From sequence record MN850609.1: a stretch of DNA of 64,000 bases; one strand, given 5' to 3'. Shown one piece after another: positions 26,732 through 36,054 of this stretch. Numbering within the stretch: the first letter of the stretch is position 1; every line of letters begins with the position of its first letter. The translations under genes were made by a program, and so were the position numbers. The notes below the pieces were generated by a model. It saw only the letters and a program-made list of their open reading frames with translations. It did no database searches and was not told the DNA's origin. The stretch is from Escherichia phage dhaeg.

Positions 26732-27294
26732 GTCTTTTTGATGATGACGTTGAACTGAATGAACATGAAGTTGCTTGGAAACAACGTAACGACGCTGCTA
26801 TTCAAGCCTTAGCCGATTCATTTAAAGAAAAGGCTGAAAACGAATTGTTTGCCATTATGAACGATATCACATACGGTAAAAAACAACGTAACTTAGCTCA
26901 ATCAGAAAACTATAATCAATTTTGGCTAGATAATAGTTTGAGCCAACACGTAGATTGCATTATGCAAGCCGCGATGGTTAACTGTCTTAAACTTGACGAC
27001 CAAAGCCACTTCAACTATCTTTTACATGCTGTTCCTAAGGGTAAGAGATTTGGTAAATGGGCTAAGGCCCATGATGATGAAGTTAGTGTAGTTTTTATTA
27101 CTCGTTTATTAATGAAATACCATTCAATTAATAATGATGACGCTTATCGTTATCTCGAGACTTATAAAATTAAAGGCCATCTTCCGGCGATGCTTAAGAA
27201 GATGAAAGGGTTGGTTACGGACGAGTTCCTGAAATCCGTAACTAAAAATGTGAAAGAACAAAAAGACTTGAAAAAGAAAGCATTGGAATGGTAA
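26722..27294 (+). CDS. 62: clamp loader small subunit gp62
   Basis: 190 aa; similarity recalled to T4 gp62; overlaps gp44 stop. Confidence 0.85.
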   Translation: MAISLFDDDVELNEHEVAWKQRNDAAIQALADSFKEKAENELFAIMNDITYGKKQRNLAQSENYNQFWLDNSLSQHVDCIMQAAMVNCLKLDDQSHFNYLLHAVPKGKRFGKWAKAHDDEVSVVFITRLLMKYHSINNDDAYRYLETYKIKGHLPAMLKKMKGLVTDEFLKSVTKNVKEQKDLKKKALEW

Positions 27295-27300
27295 ATTAAA

Positions 27301-27663
27301 ATGATTGAAATTACTCTGAAGCAACCTGAAGACTTCCTAAAAGTGAAAGAGACCCTGACTCGTATGGGTATCGCTAATAATAAAGAAAAGAAACTATATC
27401 AATCCTGCCACATTTTGCAAAAGCAAGGACGGTATTATATTGTCCACTTTAAAGAGATGTTGCGTATGGACGGTCGCCAGGTAGATATCGATGGTGAAGA
27501 CTACCAACGCCGCGATTCTATCGCCCAGCTTCTTAAGGATTGGGGACTTATTGATATTGTAGACGATTCTGAATTGTTCGAAATTACTAATAATTTCCGT
27601 GTCATTTCCTTTAAACAGAAAAATGACTGGGAACTATTGTCTAAGTATACCATTGGTAATTAA
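27301..27663 (+). CDS. regA: translational repressor RegA
   Basis: 120 aa; similarity recalled to T4 RegA. Confidence 0.85.
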   Translation: MIEITLKQPEDFLKVKETLTRMGIANNKEKKLYQSCHILQKQGRYYIVHFKEMLRMDGRQVDIDGEDYQRRDSIAQLLKDWGLIDIVDDSELFEITNNFRVISFKQKNDWELLSKYTIGN

Positions 27664-27664
27664 T

Positions 27665-27880
27665 ATGATTCTTGAAATTGAAATGTGTGAACGTCTTAAA
27701 GAGGTGTACGGGCTTTCACCAACTCAAACTGTTTTTGACCTTTCCGAAGAGCTCCAAATAGAATTTCAAAAGGACCTCCATAAGTTACTACATCCAGGTC
27801 AGCAAGTCTTCCAGGCTATGATTAGAACTAAAGGCGAAGATGGCAATCCGACTATTAAACGTTTGACAATAGAAATTTAA
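27665..27880 (+). CDS. hypothetical protein
   Basis: internal ATG of ORF 27599-27880 directly after regA stop. Confidence 0.35.
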   Translation: MILEIEMCERLKEVYGLSPTQTVFDLSEELQIEFQKDLHKLLHPGQQVFQAMIRTKGEDGNPTIKRLTIEI

Positions 27881-27884
27881 GCAA

Positions 27885-27905
27885 AGGGACTTCGGTCCCT
27901 TTTTT
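27885..27905 (+). terminator. rho-independent terminator
   Basis: AGGGAC-TTCG-GTCCCT plus T5; overlaps -35 region of polymerase promoter. Confidence 0.7.
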
Positions 27906-27963
27906 GGAGTATAATGATTCATCAACAAACAAAAGACAATCACTCGTCTATAAAGGAAATGAA

Positions 27964-30675
27964 ATGCAAGAATTCTATTTGACAGTCGAACAAATCGGTG
28001 ATAATATTCTCGAACGTTACATCGATAAAAATGGTAACGAACGTAGTCGTGAAGTTCCTTACAAGCCTACAATGTTTATGCATGCTAACCCAGAGCAAGC
28101 CGTAAAATATATTGACATCTACGGTAAGGGCTGTGTTAAGAAAGAATTCGATTCAATGCGCGATGCTTCTCAGTGGATGAAGCGCATGGACGATATGGGT
28201 CTCGAAGCCCTTGGTATGGATGACTATAAATTAGCCTATTTGTCTGATACCTATCGTAAAGAAATCAAGTATGATTCTTCTAAGATTCGTATTGCTAACT
28301 TCGACATCGAGGTAACATCTCCTGATGGATTCCCTGAACCTGCCCAGGCTAAACATCCTATCGATGCCATTACTCACTACGACTCGATTGATGATAAATT
28401 CTATGTATTCGACCTTTTAGTTTCACCTTATGGTACGGTCGAAGAGTGGTCGATTAAAATCGCTGAGAAACTCCAAGACGAAGGTGGTGACGAAGTTCCA
28501 CAGGAAATCATTGACAAAATCGTTTATCTTCCGTTTAATTCTGAAGAAGAAATGATGCTTGAGTATCTTAATTTCTGGCAACAAAAAACTCCTGTGATTT
28601 TGACTGGATGGAACGTTGAATCATTTGACGTGCCATACGTTTATAACCGTCTGAAAAATCTGTTTGGTGAGAACACTGCTAAGCGATTAAGCCCGCATCG
28701 TAAGACTCGTGTTAAAGTTATCGAGAACATGTACGGCGCTCGCGAAATTATTACACTGTTCGGTATCTCTGTTCTGGATTATATCGACCTTTATAAAAAA
28801 TTCAGCTTTACTAACCAGCCTTCTTATTCTCTGGATTACGTTTCTGAATATGAATTGAAAGTAGGTAAGTTGAAATATGATGGTCCTATCTCCAAGTTAC
28901 GTGAGACGAACCACCAACGATATATTTCCTATAACATTATCGACGTATATCGTGTTGTGCAGATTGATATGAAACGCCAGTTCATTCTTCTTAGTCTGGA
29001 CATGGGTTACTATGCCAAGATGCAGATTCAGTCGGTGTTCAGTCCAATTAAGACTTGGGACGCTATTATCTTTAATAGCCTTAAAGAACAGGGTAAAGTT
29101 ATTCCTCAGGCCAAATCGCATGCGGTTCAACCTTATCCAGGCGCTTTCGTTAAGGAACCTATTCCTAACGCGTACAAATATGTAATGAGTTTCGACCTTA
29201 CATCTCTGTACCCGAGTATCATTCGACAAGTGAATATAAGCCCAGAGACCATCGCAGGGACATTCGCAAACGCGCCGATACATGAATATATTGCCGGAAC
29301 TGCTCCGCGTCCTAGCGACACCTACAGTTGCTCTCCTAACGGCATGATGTACTATAAAGACCGTGATGGTGTGATTCCTACAGAAATCACGAAGGTGTTC
29401 TTACAACGTAAAGAACATAAAGGTTATATGCTTGCAGCTCAACGTAATGGTGAGTTAATTAAAGAAGCATTAGAAAATCCTAATCTGTCTGTTGATAGTC
29501 CATTGGATGTTGATTATCGTTTCGACTTCTCTGACGAAGTCAAAGCCCAGATTAAAAAATTGTCAGCCTCTTCTTTAAAAGAAATGTTGTTCAAAGCCGA
29601 ACGTACTGAAGTCGCAGGTATGACTGCTCAGATTAACCGTAAATTGCTTATCAACTCCCTTTATGGTGCACTTGGTAACGTATGGTTCCGTTACTATGAC
29701 CTCAGGAACGCAACTGCAATAACATTGTTTGGTCAAATGGCCCTCCAATGGATTGAACGTAAGGTTAACGAATATCTGAATGGTGTGTGCAAGACTGAAA
29801 ACCAGAAGTTCGTGCTCTATGGTGATACCGACTCCATTTATGTTAAGGCCGATGCAATCATCAATAAAGTAGGCGAAGACAAATTCCGTGATACCAACCA
29901 CTGGGTCGACTTCTTAGATAAATTTGCACGTGAACGTATGGAACCAGCTATTGATGCAGGCTTCCGTGAGATGTGTGAATACATGAACAATAAACAGCAC
30001 TTGATGTTCATGGACCGAGAAGCTATCGCTGGTCCTCCACTTGGTTCTAAAGGTCTTGGTGGATTCTGGACAGGCAAGAAACGTTATGCACTGAACGTTT
30101 GGGACATGGAAGGTACTCGCTATGCCGAACCACACTTGAAAATCATGGGTCTCGAAACCCAGAAATCAAGTACACCTAAAGCGGTTCAGAAAGCTCTGAA
30201 AGAATGTATCCGACGTATGCTTCAAGAAGGCGAGGCCTCTTTGCAAGAATATTTCAAACAGTTTAATAAGGAATTTAACGAACTAGACTATGTAAGCATT
30301 GCTGCAGTATCCAGTGCTAACAACATCGAGAAATATAATGAAGGCGGTTTCCCTGGTTCTAAATGTCCGTACCACATCAAAGGTTGCTTAGCTTACATGC
30401 GTGCTTCTGCCGGTGATTTGACTATGCCTCGTATCGTTGATGGTGAAAAGGTATATGTACTGCCACTTAAAGAAGGCAACCCGTTCGGTGAAGCTTGTAT
30501 GGCATGGCCGTCAGGTATTGAACTTCCGATTCAGATTCGTGACCAAGTCCTCCGTTGGATGGACTACAATGTACTGTTCCAAAAGACCTTTATCAAACCT
30601 CTGACCGGTTTTACTGAGTCTGCTAAAATCGACTACGAGAAAAAAGCAACATTATTTGACATGTTTGACTTTTAA
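27964..30675 (+). CDS. 43: DNA polymerase gp43 (family B, 3'-5' exonuclease proofreading)
   Basis: 903 aa from MQEFYLTVEQIG; Exo motifs, KxxxNSxYG, YGDTDS; listed ORF start 27904 spans the TATAAT. Confidence 0.95.
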   Translation: MQEFYLTVEQIGDNILERYIDKNGNERSREVPYKPTMFMHANPEQAVKYIDIYGKGCVKKEFDSMRDASQWMKRMDDMGLEALGMDDYKLAYLSDTYRKEIKYDSSKIRIANFDIEVTSPDGFPEPAQAKHPIDAITHYDSIDDKFYVFDLLVSPYGTVEEWSIKIAEKLQDEGGDEVPQEIIDKIVYLPFNSEEEMMLEYLNFWQQKTPVILTGWNVESFDVPYVYNRLKNLFGENTAKRLSPHRKTRVKVIENMYGAREIITLFGISVLDYIDLYKKFSFTNQPSYSLDYVSEYELKVGKLKYDGPISKLRETNHQRYISYNIIDVYRVVQIDMKRQFILLSLDMGYYAKMQIQSVFSPIKTWDAIIFNSLKEQGKVIPQAKSHAVQPYPGAFVKEPIPNAYKYVMSFDLTSLYPSIIRQVNISPETIAGTFANAPIHEYIAGTAPRPSDTYSCSPNGMMYYKDRDGVIPTEITKVFLQRKEHKGYMLAAQRNGELIKEALENPNLSVDSPLDVDYRFDFSDEVKAQIKKLSASSLKEMLFKAERTEVAGMTAQINRKLLINSLYGALGNVWFRYYDLRNATAITLFGQMALQWIERKVNEYLNGVCKTENQKFVLYGDTDSIYVKADAIINKVGEDKFRDTNHWVDFLDKFARERMEPAIDAGFREMCEYMNNKQHLMFMDREAIAGPPLGSKGLGGFWTGKKRYALNVWDMEGTRYAEPHLKIMGLETQKSSTPKAVQKALKECIRRMLQEGEASLQEYFKQFNKEFNELDYVSIAAVSSANNIEKYNEGGFPGSKCPYHIKGCLAYMRASAGDLTMPRIVDGEKVYVLPLKEGNPFGEACMAWPSGIELPIQIRDQVLRWMDYNVLFQKTFIKPLTGFTESAKIDYEKKATLFDMFDF

Positions 30676-30677
30676 GT

Positions 30678-30707
30678 GTTTACATACCACATGGAACGTG
30701 GTAGTAT
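30678..30707 (+). promoter_or_regulatory. early promoter (GTTTAC / TAGTAT)
   Basis: GTTTAC, 18 bp, TAGTAT, CCTATCAACT block. Confidence 0.55.
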
Positions 30708-30737
30708 CCTTCCTATCAACTACATGAGGAAATTATA

Positions 30738-30974
30738 ATGGAAGCTTTAATCGTTAGTGCTGGTGTTTTAGGATTCGGTTCTCTGGTTATTATGTTCATT
30801 GGTTACTTTTTACCATGGATTCTGGCTCTTCTGCGAGGCACTCGTAGCAATGTCGGAATCTTCTTCCTTAATCTCCTGTTAGGATGGACGATGATTGGTT
30901 GGGTAGTGGCTTTAATCTGGGCTATCGTCGCTGAACGTAAATCAAACGCACAAATCATTATCGTTAAACAATGA
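30738..30974 (+). CDS. imm: superinfection immunity protein Imm (membrane)
   Basis: 78 aa; two TM helices; LLGWT.IGW..ALIWA motif; position after gene 43. Confidence 0.65.
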   Translation: MEALIVSAGVLGFGSLVIMFIGYFLPWILALLRGTRSNVGIFFLNLLLGWTMIGWVVALIWAIVAERKSNAQIIIVKQ

Positions 30975-31108
30975 AGATAATTATTTTATTTCTTATAATG
31001 GTTGCCTTTACCATTTATTGGGCAGTGGCAATTCCTCCAATGATTCCAACATTAATCATGGGATGGATTATTCTTATAGCACAAATTAAGTATAACTGTT
31101 TTAATTGA
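30971..31108 (+). CDS. small hydrophobic membrane peptide (unlisted ORF)
   Basis: 45 codons read by hand; ATGA overlap with imm. Confidence 0.35.
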   Translation: MKIIILFLIMVAFTIYWAVAIPPMIPTLIMGWIILIAQIKYNCFN

Positions 31109-31115
31109 GGATATT

Positions 31116-31616
31116 ATGAAAAAGTTAATTATCGCAATGAGTATGCTCCTATCAGGTTGCGCGGTCCAATACGGCGATGCAGTTTCGGCTGATGAAGTTG
31201 GTAAAGCTCGTATTGCAGCTGAACAGAAACAATTCGACGGCGAAATGAAATTCCGTGCTGGTTCTGGACTTGTGTATACCCGAGCTAATAATCAATGTGG
31301 TAATAACTGTGCAAAATATGCTCAAAGGGAAATCGAATTCCAACGTGAACAAGAGTCTAAGCGTGAAGCGGTACTAGCCAAACACCAGGCAGAAATGAAG
31401 CGCCAAGATGATTTGTACAAAAAGCAGAAACTGTACGCGATGTGTGTAAACCATATCAATCTACAGATTTCCGTCCACGAGGCCCGTTATTACGAAATGC
31501 TCGAAACCGAGAGCTTCGATAAGGCGCGCGATTATAAGAAACAAATCAACAAGCTTAAGACCAAAGTGCCTGCTGCAGTAGAACAGTGCATGGAATACGG
31601 TAAAGATAAGATTTAA
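31116..31616 (+). CDS. lipoprotein
   Basis: 166 aa; signal peptide with lipobox LLSGC. Confidence 0.5.
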   Translation: MKKLIIAMSMLLSGCAVQYGDAVSADEVGKARIAAEQKQFDGEMKFRAGSGLVYTRANNQCGNNCAKYAQREIEFQREQESKREAVLAKHQAEMKRQDDLYKKQKLYAMCVNHINLQISVHEARYYEMLETESFDKARDYKKQINKLKTKVPAAVEQCMEYGKDKI

Positions 31617-31676
31617 GCAATAGAAATTTATTAAAAATAGTGTATAATGTATCTACATTCACTTGAGGAACAGATA

Positions 31677-33350
31677 ATGAAAAAGGTTGTTATTTTAGGC
31701 GCAGGTCTTGGCTCACGGTTGTATCCAATTACTAACGAAATCCCGAAGGTATTGGTTAACTACAAACAACATACTGTATTAAAACATTTGTATGATTTGT
31801 ATAGTAACCAATCAGATGAAATTATTCTGGTTATCCACAGCAAATTTAACGACCTCGTTAAAGGCTATATTAAATCCATTAACATGATTACTGGCGATAA
31901 GCCTAAATTCACTATTCGTAACGTTGATGTTGCTAATGGTTCGGCCCATGCTATCGATTGCATTGCCGAAGATATCATTGGCCATAATGTCTTGTTTAAC
32001 TGGTGTGACATCATTCCTATCGGTCATAAAGTTGAATGGGGTAACGACTACTGTTATACCTATGGAACCGACTGTCGTTTTACATTCGAAGAACCATATT
32101 TACGTGAAATTGGTACTGGTGGTGGCGTAGTTGGTTTGTATCAGGTGGCTAACTGGACAGGTTTCGACCGTTCTAATTATGGTGAAGACCTTGCTGATAA
32201 CCTGGATTCAATGGTCTATTTGACCGAACGTAAACTAGACTTTGTAGTTGATGTCGGTGACAAATTGAAACTGGCTAAGGCCCATGAAGAATCTGAAATC
32301 AATCGTGAATTTAATAAATTAGAATTCACTGAGAATCTGGCCATTAAAGTACCAACTAACGAATTAGGTAAAGAAATTCAATCTAAAGAAATCAATTGGT
32401 ATAATTCTATTGATTCTGAATTTGTTCCTAGTATTGTGGACTTTTCTCCAGGCGAATTCATTAAAATGGAACGTATCTTTGGTCGTACCATGGCAGATGC
32501 CTACCGCTTTATGTCCAAAGAAACTAAAGTCCTCATGGTTTATAAGGTCATTAGTGCATTACGTTCATTTGGTGGAACTATCGATAATCCGTCCGATGAA
32601 CAATGGTATTCTGATGTTAAGAAAGAAGTATTGGACAAGGTCCTTATTCGTAATGCTTCTATTGCTGGATTGATTGAAGGCTTTGCTCCACAAGGCATTA
32701 CCCACGTTAACGATTTCAAAGTAGGCGACCCTGAAAAACTTCTCCGCCATGCACTAGAAATTCTGTCTGAACATAAAGAACCATACCAACTTATTCATGG
32801 CGACCCGCACTACAGTAATATTATGCTGTCGGACGAAGGTGATATTAAAATCATCGACCCACGCGGTTATTTCGGTAATAGTTCTAAAGGCCCTGCGATT
32901 TATGATGAAGCTAAGGTGCTTTATTCTATCGATGGCTATGATAAATTTAACTCAGACCCTCTATGGGGTGGATTAACTCGTAACGGAACTCGTGTATTCG
33001 TTGATATCGAAAAGGTTATGCCTTTAGACGATATCCCTATGTGCACATTTAAGCACAAGCTCTGGATTGCCGTTATTTGGATGGCTCTGGCAGGTTACTT
33101 TAAGAATAACCCTCTGAAAGCTCTGGGTGCTTATTATAATGGTTTGTATCAACTGAGTGTGCTGCTGAAGCGGCATCCTCGTAAGCGTAAGCTTATTACG
33201 GGTGAATTTGTCGATGAAGTTCGTGACCCTATTACGGCTCAAATTATTACTCGTTGTCCTGATAAGTGGGTTTTGCTTGACCAGGAAACTGGTGTAAAAT
33301 ATAAACCTACAGGTTCTACTGAACTCCACAAACAATGGAAGAAAATTTAA
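31677..33350 (+). CDS. bifunctional LicC-like nucleotidyltransferase / APH(LicA)-like kinase fusion
   Basis: N-terminal ILGAGLGSRLYPITNEIPKVLV (sugar- or alcohol-phosphate NTP-transferase G-loop); C-terminal HGDPHYSNIML...IKIIDPRG (kinase catalytic loop); GAGGAA RBS; extended -10 TGTATAAT upstream. Confidence 0.65.
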   Translation: MKKVVILGAGLGSRLYPITNEIPKVLVNYKQHTVLKHLYDLYSNQSDEIILVIHSKFNDLVKGYIKSINMITGDKPKFTIRNVDVANGSAHAIDCIAEDIIGHNVLFNWCDIIPIGHKVEWGNDYCYTYGTDCRFTFEEPYLREIGTGGGVVGLYQVANWTGFDRSNYGEDLADNLDSMVYLTERKLDFVVDVGDKLKLAKAHEESEINREFNKLEFTENLAIKVPTNELGKEIQSKEINWYNSIDSEFVPSIVDFSPGEFIKMERIFGRTMADAYRFMSKETKVLMVYKVISALRSFGGTIDNPSDEQWYSDVKKEVLDKVLIRNASIAGLIEGFAPQGITHVNDFKVGDPEKLLRHALEILSEHKEPYQLIHGDPHYSNIMLSDEGDIKIIDPRGYFGNSSKGPAIYDEAKVLYSIDGYDKFNSDPLWGGLTRNGTRVFVDIEKVMPLDDIPMCTFKHKLWIAVIWMALAGYFKNNPLKALGAYYNGLYQLSVLLKRHPRKRKLITGEFVDEVRDPITAQIITRCPDKWVLLDQETGVKYKPTGSTELHKQWKKI

Positions 33351-33733
33351 TGTCGCATCGAGTAGAAAATAAGCCACATTTATGTTTTGATATCGATAAC
33401 ACAATCACGATTTGGAACCATGACCGTGATTATGAGAACTTTAAACCGGACACCGAAATGGTGTCCATGATTAATAAGCTTTATGATGAAGGGTACGAGA
33501 TTACATTGTTCACTGCCCGTGGCATGACTTCATGTGGCCCAGGTCGAATCTTGGTTGAAGTAGTTCCTGCATTGGTTAAGAATCTTGAAAAAATTGGATT
33601 GAAATATCACAATTTGCTTACACACAAGCCGAGTTATACTTTTATCATCGATGACCGAGCAATCCGTCCTGACCACTTTAAAGAATTGGTTCGTGAAGGA
33701 ACTCTTGATAGTTATAAGGCCTATCATCCATGA
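33335..33733 (+). CDS. small cap-less HAD-superfamily phosphatase
   Basis: motif I CFDIDNTIT, motif II ITLFTAR, motif III/IV K...IIDDR; start may be 33335 or 33350. Confidence 0.6.
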   Translation: MEENLMSHRVENKPHLCFDIDNTITIWNHDRDYENFKPDTEMVSMINKLYDEGYEITLFTARGMTSCGPGRILVEVVPALVKNLEKIGLKYHNLLTHKPSYTFIIDDRAIRPDHFKELVREGTLDSYKAYHP

Positions 33734-34266
33734 ATCCAAAAATCATTGTTATAGACGGCCCGGATAATTCCGGGAAGTCCACTTTAATTAAAAATCTGTT
33801 ATCCAATAAGAAATACCGCCTTATTGATTTTCCTAAAAAGATTAATGGCAAGTGTATTTCATTAGGAACTGATAACGATAAGGCTTTAGTTGAAACTCTG
33901 TATAAGTTTTTAGACCCTAATTTCGTTTATATCCTTGACCGTGGTTATCCAAGTAATATTGTTTACTCAGGATTCCTTCGTGGTGAAATGGACCCTTATG
34001 TAGAACTGGAAGATTGGAAAGGGTTTAAATCTGAATTTAACGTTATCGAGGTTATTTTAACTCGCAACCCATTAGACGAAGACTTCGAAGATGACCTTAT
34101 TAAATTAACCAAAGATGAGTTCAACCTAACTATCCAGCAATACGAAACATGTTTTGAAAACGTGTTTAAAATCTTAAATCATGACGGTCATAATAATTTG
34201 CTTAATGTTGATATGGTAGAATTAAAACGTCTGAACGAATATATTGAAAATAAGGTGAATAAATGA
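33730..34266 (+). CDS. thymidylate-kinase-like P-loop (d)NMP kinase
   Basis: IVIDGPDNSGKST P-loop and LDRGYPSNIVYSG (TMPK DRY-like motif); ATGA overlap. Confidence 0.55.
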   Translation: MNPKIIVIDGPDNSGKSTLIKNLLSNKKYRLIDFPKKINGKCISLGTDNDKALVETLYKFLDPNFVYILDRGYPSNIVYSGFLRGEMDPYVELEDWKGFKSEFNVIEVILTRNPLDEDFEDDLIKLTKDEFNLTIQQYETCFENVFKILNHDGHNNLLNVDMVELKRLNEYIENKVNK

Positions 34267-34961
34267 AACACATTACCGCTGTTAGTTTTGAAAACGCATT
34301 TAAACAAATGAACGAAGAAATCCTGGAAGCTCCACAGTTTGCAGTTGATTCTCGTATCGGACGCTGTTATGAAATTGGTTCTGCTTCAGTAGAAGTACTG
34401 GATGCCAGCACCTATAAATTCACCGACCCACGTATCAATCGTATCAGTTATGAATATGCCGAATCCTTTTGGAAATTTATGATTTCTGGTGGTACTGACG
34501 CTGCCGAAGCATTTAAGGAATACCCTAATGTTGCTAAGTTCATTGATAAGCCGAAAAGTGACGTATTGCCTGCAAACTTCAACACTTTCTATGGACCTCG
34601 AATTGTGGCCCAGCTCCCAGCCCTACTTAAAGAGCTTAAAGAAAAGGCTAACTCGCGAAGAGTTGTGTTCCAGATTCTCCAAGAACAAGACCAAGCCCTC
34701 CTTGATTCTGACGAATCCTTAGAATACCCGTGCACCGATTCAGTAACGTATTATATTCGTGATGGTCGTTTGTATGCACATACCCATATGCGTTCACAAA
34801 ACTGCGCTGTTGTTATGCAGCTGGATTTCTATCTGCAGGGTAAACTGATGGCATTTATTGCCGAACAGTGTGGTGTCGGTTTAGGTACGTATTCCCACAC
34901 CATGGTAAGTGCACACGTGTTTGAACGTGATTTTGACTACGTCCGAGGTTTCCTGAAATGA
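34263..34961 (+). CDS. 42: dCMP hydroxymethylase (thymidylate-synthase fold; gene 42 homolog)
   Basis: 232 aa; TS/dCMP-HMase family motifs (HMRSQN-like); synteny with imm and uvsX. Confidence 0.75.
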   Translation: MKHITAVSFENAFKQMNEEILEAPQFAVDSRIGRCYEIGSASVEVLDASTYKFTDPRINRISYEYAESFWKFMISGGTDAAEAFKEYPNVAKFIDKPKSDVLPANFNTFYGPRIVAQLPALLKELKEKANSRRVVFQILQEQDQALLDSDESLEYPCTDSVTYYIRDGRLYAHTHMRSQNCAVVMQLDFYLQGKLMAFIAEQCGVGLGTYSHTMVSAHVFERDFDYVRGFLK

Positions 34962-35851
34962 GTTTGTTTATCGTTCCTATTTTCAGTATGCGTAGTTACG
35001 AAACAGGTGAATATGCCGTCCTTAAGGACGGTAATTTTCAACTCCATTTAAATCGTGCTCGTCCAGGTGATTATCTGGCTTATCCTAGAAATTCGAGCGA
35101 TATCAAAGAATGCATTGAATTATTCCCAGAACTGAATTTCGTACCACTTTGGTATAAAGAAAATGCTTATGAAACCCGTAAACATTTCTGGTCCGAAAAT
35201 GAGTTTGTAGTCGATTCACTAATCGAATACTATGATTGCTCAGGACTGGTAACCGATATCACCGGTTATGATGGTGCTCATACTGTACAATTCAACTTTA
35301 ATATCACAATGGACCCTGAAGTTCCTCGTTATTATATCGACGAGTTCATTGATATTGATGTGGCTTCAGTTGAACGTTCACTTTATACTACAGTCCTGAA
35401 TCAATGCCAGAAAGACGTCCTGGTGTCACGAGGTGCATCCTCTGATAAGATTTTTGTAGACCAAAAGGTAATTAATCCTGCAGTAATTGAGCGTTACTCT
35501 GATGGTCTAGCGCCTATTAAAATTGATGGTATTTTCCATCCATTCCGTATTTCGGATAAGTGCTATCAATTCGAAAGAGTTGTAGACCAAGCTGCCGCTG
35601 AAGGTGCTCGTCTTTATATCACCGACCCGAATGATTCATTTAAGCGTGAAGACTATCGTCCTGATGTAGAGATTGTTAAATTCAAACCGAGTAAGGTTGA
35701 ATATTATCAGATTCTGAAATCAAGACCACATATCATTTATCATGAGAACCCAGGTTTAGTATTCCATCCTGGTCTGGCTGAATTCATTTATTTCGGTGCC
35801 CATATTCATTCTGAGTACGAAATGCCACGTTATGAGGACGTAGTATGCTAG
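34958..35851 (+). CDS. hypothetical protein at the beta-glucosyltransferase position; putative DNA base glycosyltransferase
   Basis: 297 aa; occupies beta-gt locus between 42 and uvsX; coupled to 42 by ATGA; no clear similarity to T4 beta-gt recalled. Confidence 0.35.
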   Translation: MSLFIVPIFSMRSYETGEYAVLKDGNFQLHLNRARPGDYLAYPRNSSDIKECIELFPELNFVPLWYKENAYETRKHFWSENEFVVDSLIEYYDCSGLVTDITGYDGAHTVQFNFNITMDPEVPRYYIDEFIDIDVASVERSLYTTVLNQCQKDVLVSRGASSDKIFVDQKVINPAVIERYSDGLAPIKIDGIFHPFRISDKCYQFERVVDQAAAEGARLYITDPNDSFKREDYRPDVEIVKFKPSKVEYYQILKSRPHIIYHENPGLVFHPGLAEFIYFGAHIHSEYEMPRYEDVVC

Positions 35852-35976
35852 GTCCTCTATTGCTTTTTATAGGTTTGTTATTATTCTCTTTCGGAGCCCT
35901 TCTAGTATTATGCTGGCTCGAGAAACGAGAAGTTCGGAAGATAGTCGATAAGGCTATCAACCGAGGAATTAAGTAA
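35845..35976 (+). CDS. small membrane peptide (unlisted ORF)
   Basis: 43 codons read by hand; hydrophobic N-terminus. Confidence 0.3.
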   Translation: MLGPLLLFIGLLLFSFGALLVLCWLEKREVRKIVDKAINRGIK

Positions 35977-36001
35977 TGCTATAGCTGTGAAGTGATATAA
36001 T
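35977..36001 (+). promoter_or_regulatory. candidate middle-type promoter for uvsX (TGCTATA box, 12 bp, extended -10 TGATATAAT)
   Basis: MotA-box-like motif plus TGnTATAAT. Confidence 0.4.
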
Positions 36002-36054
36002 TACCCTATCTTAAAAACGTGAGAAAAATATAATGGTGCCTATGGAAAAATATA

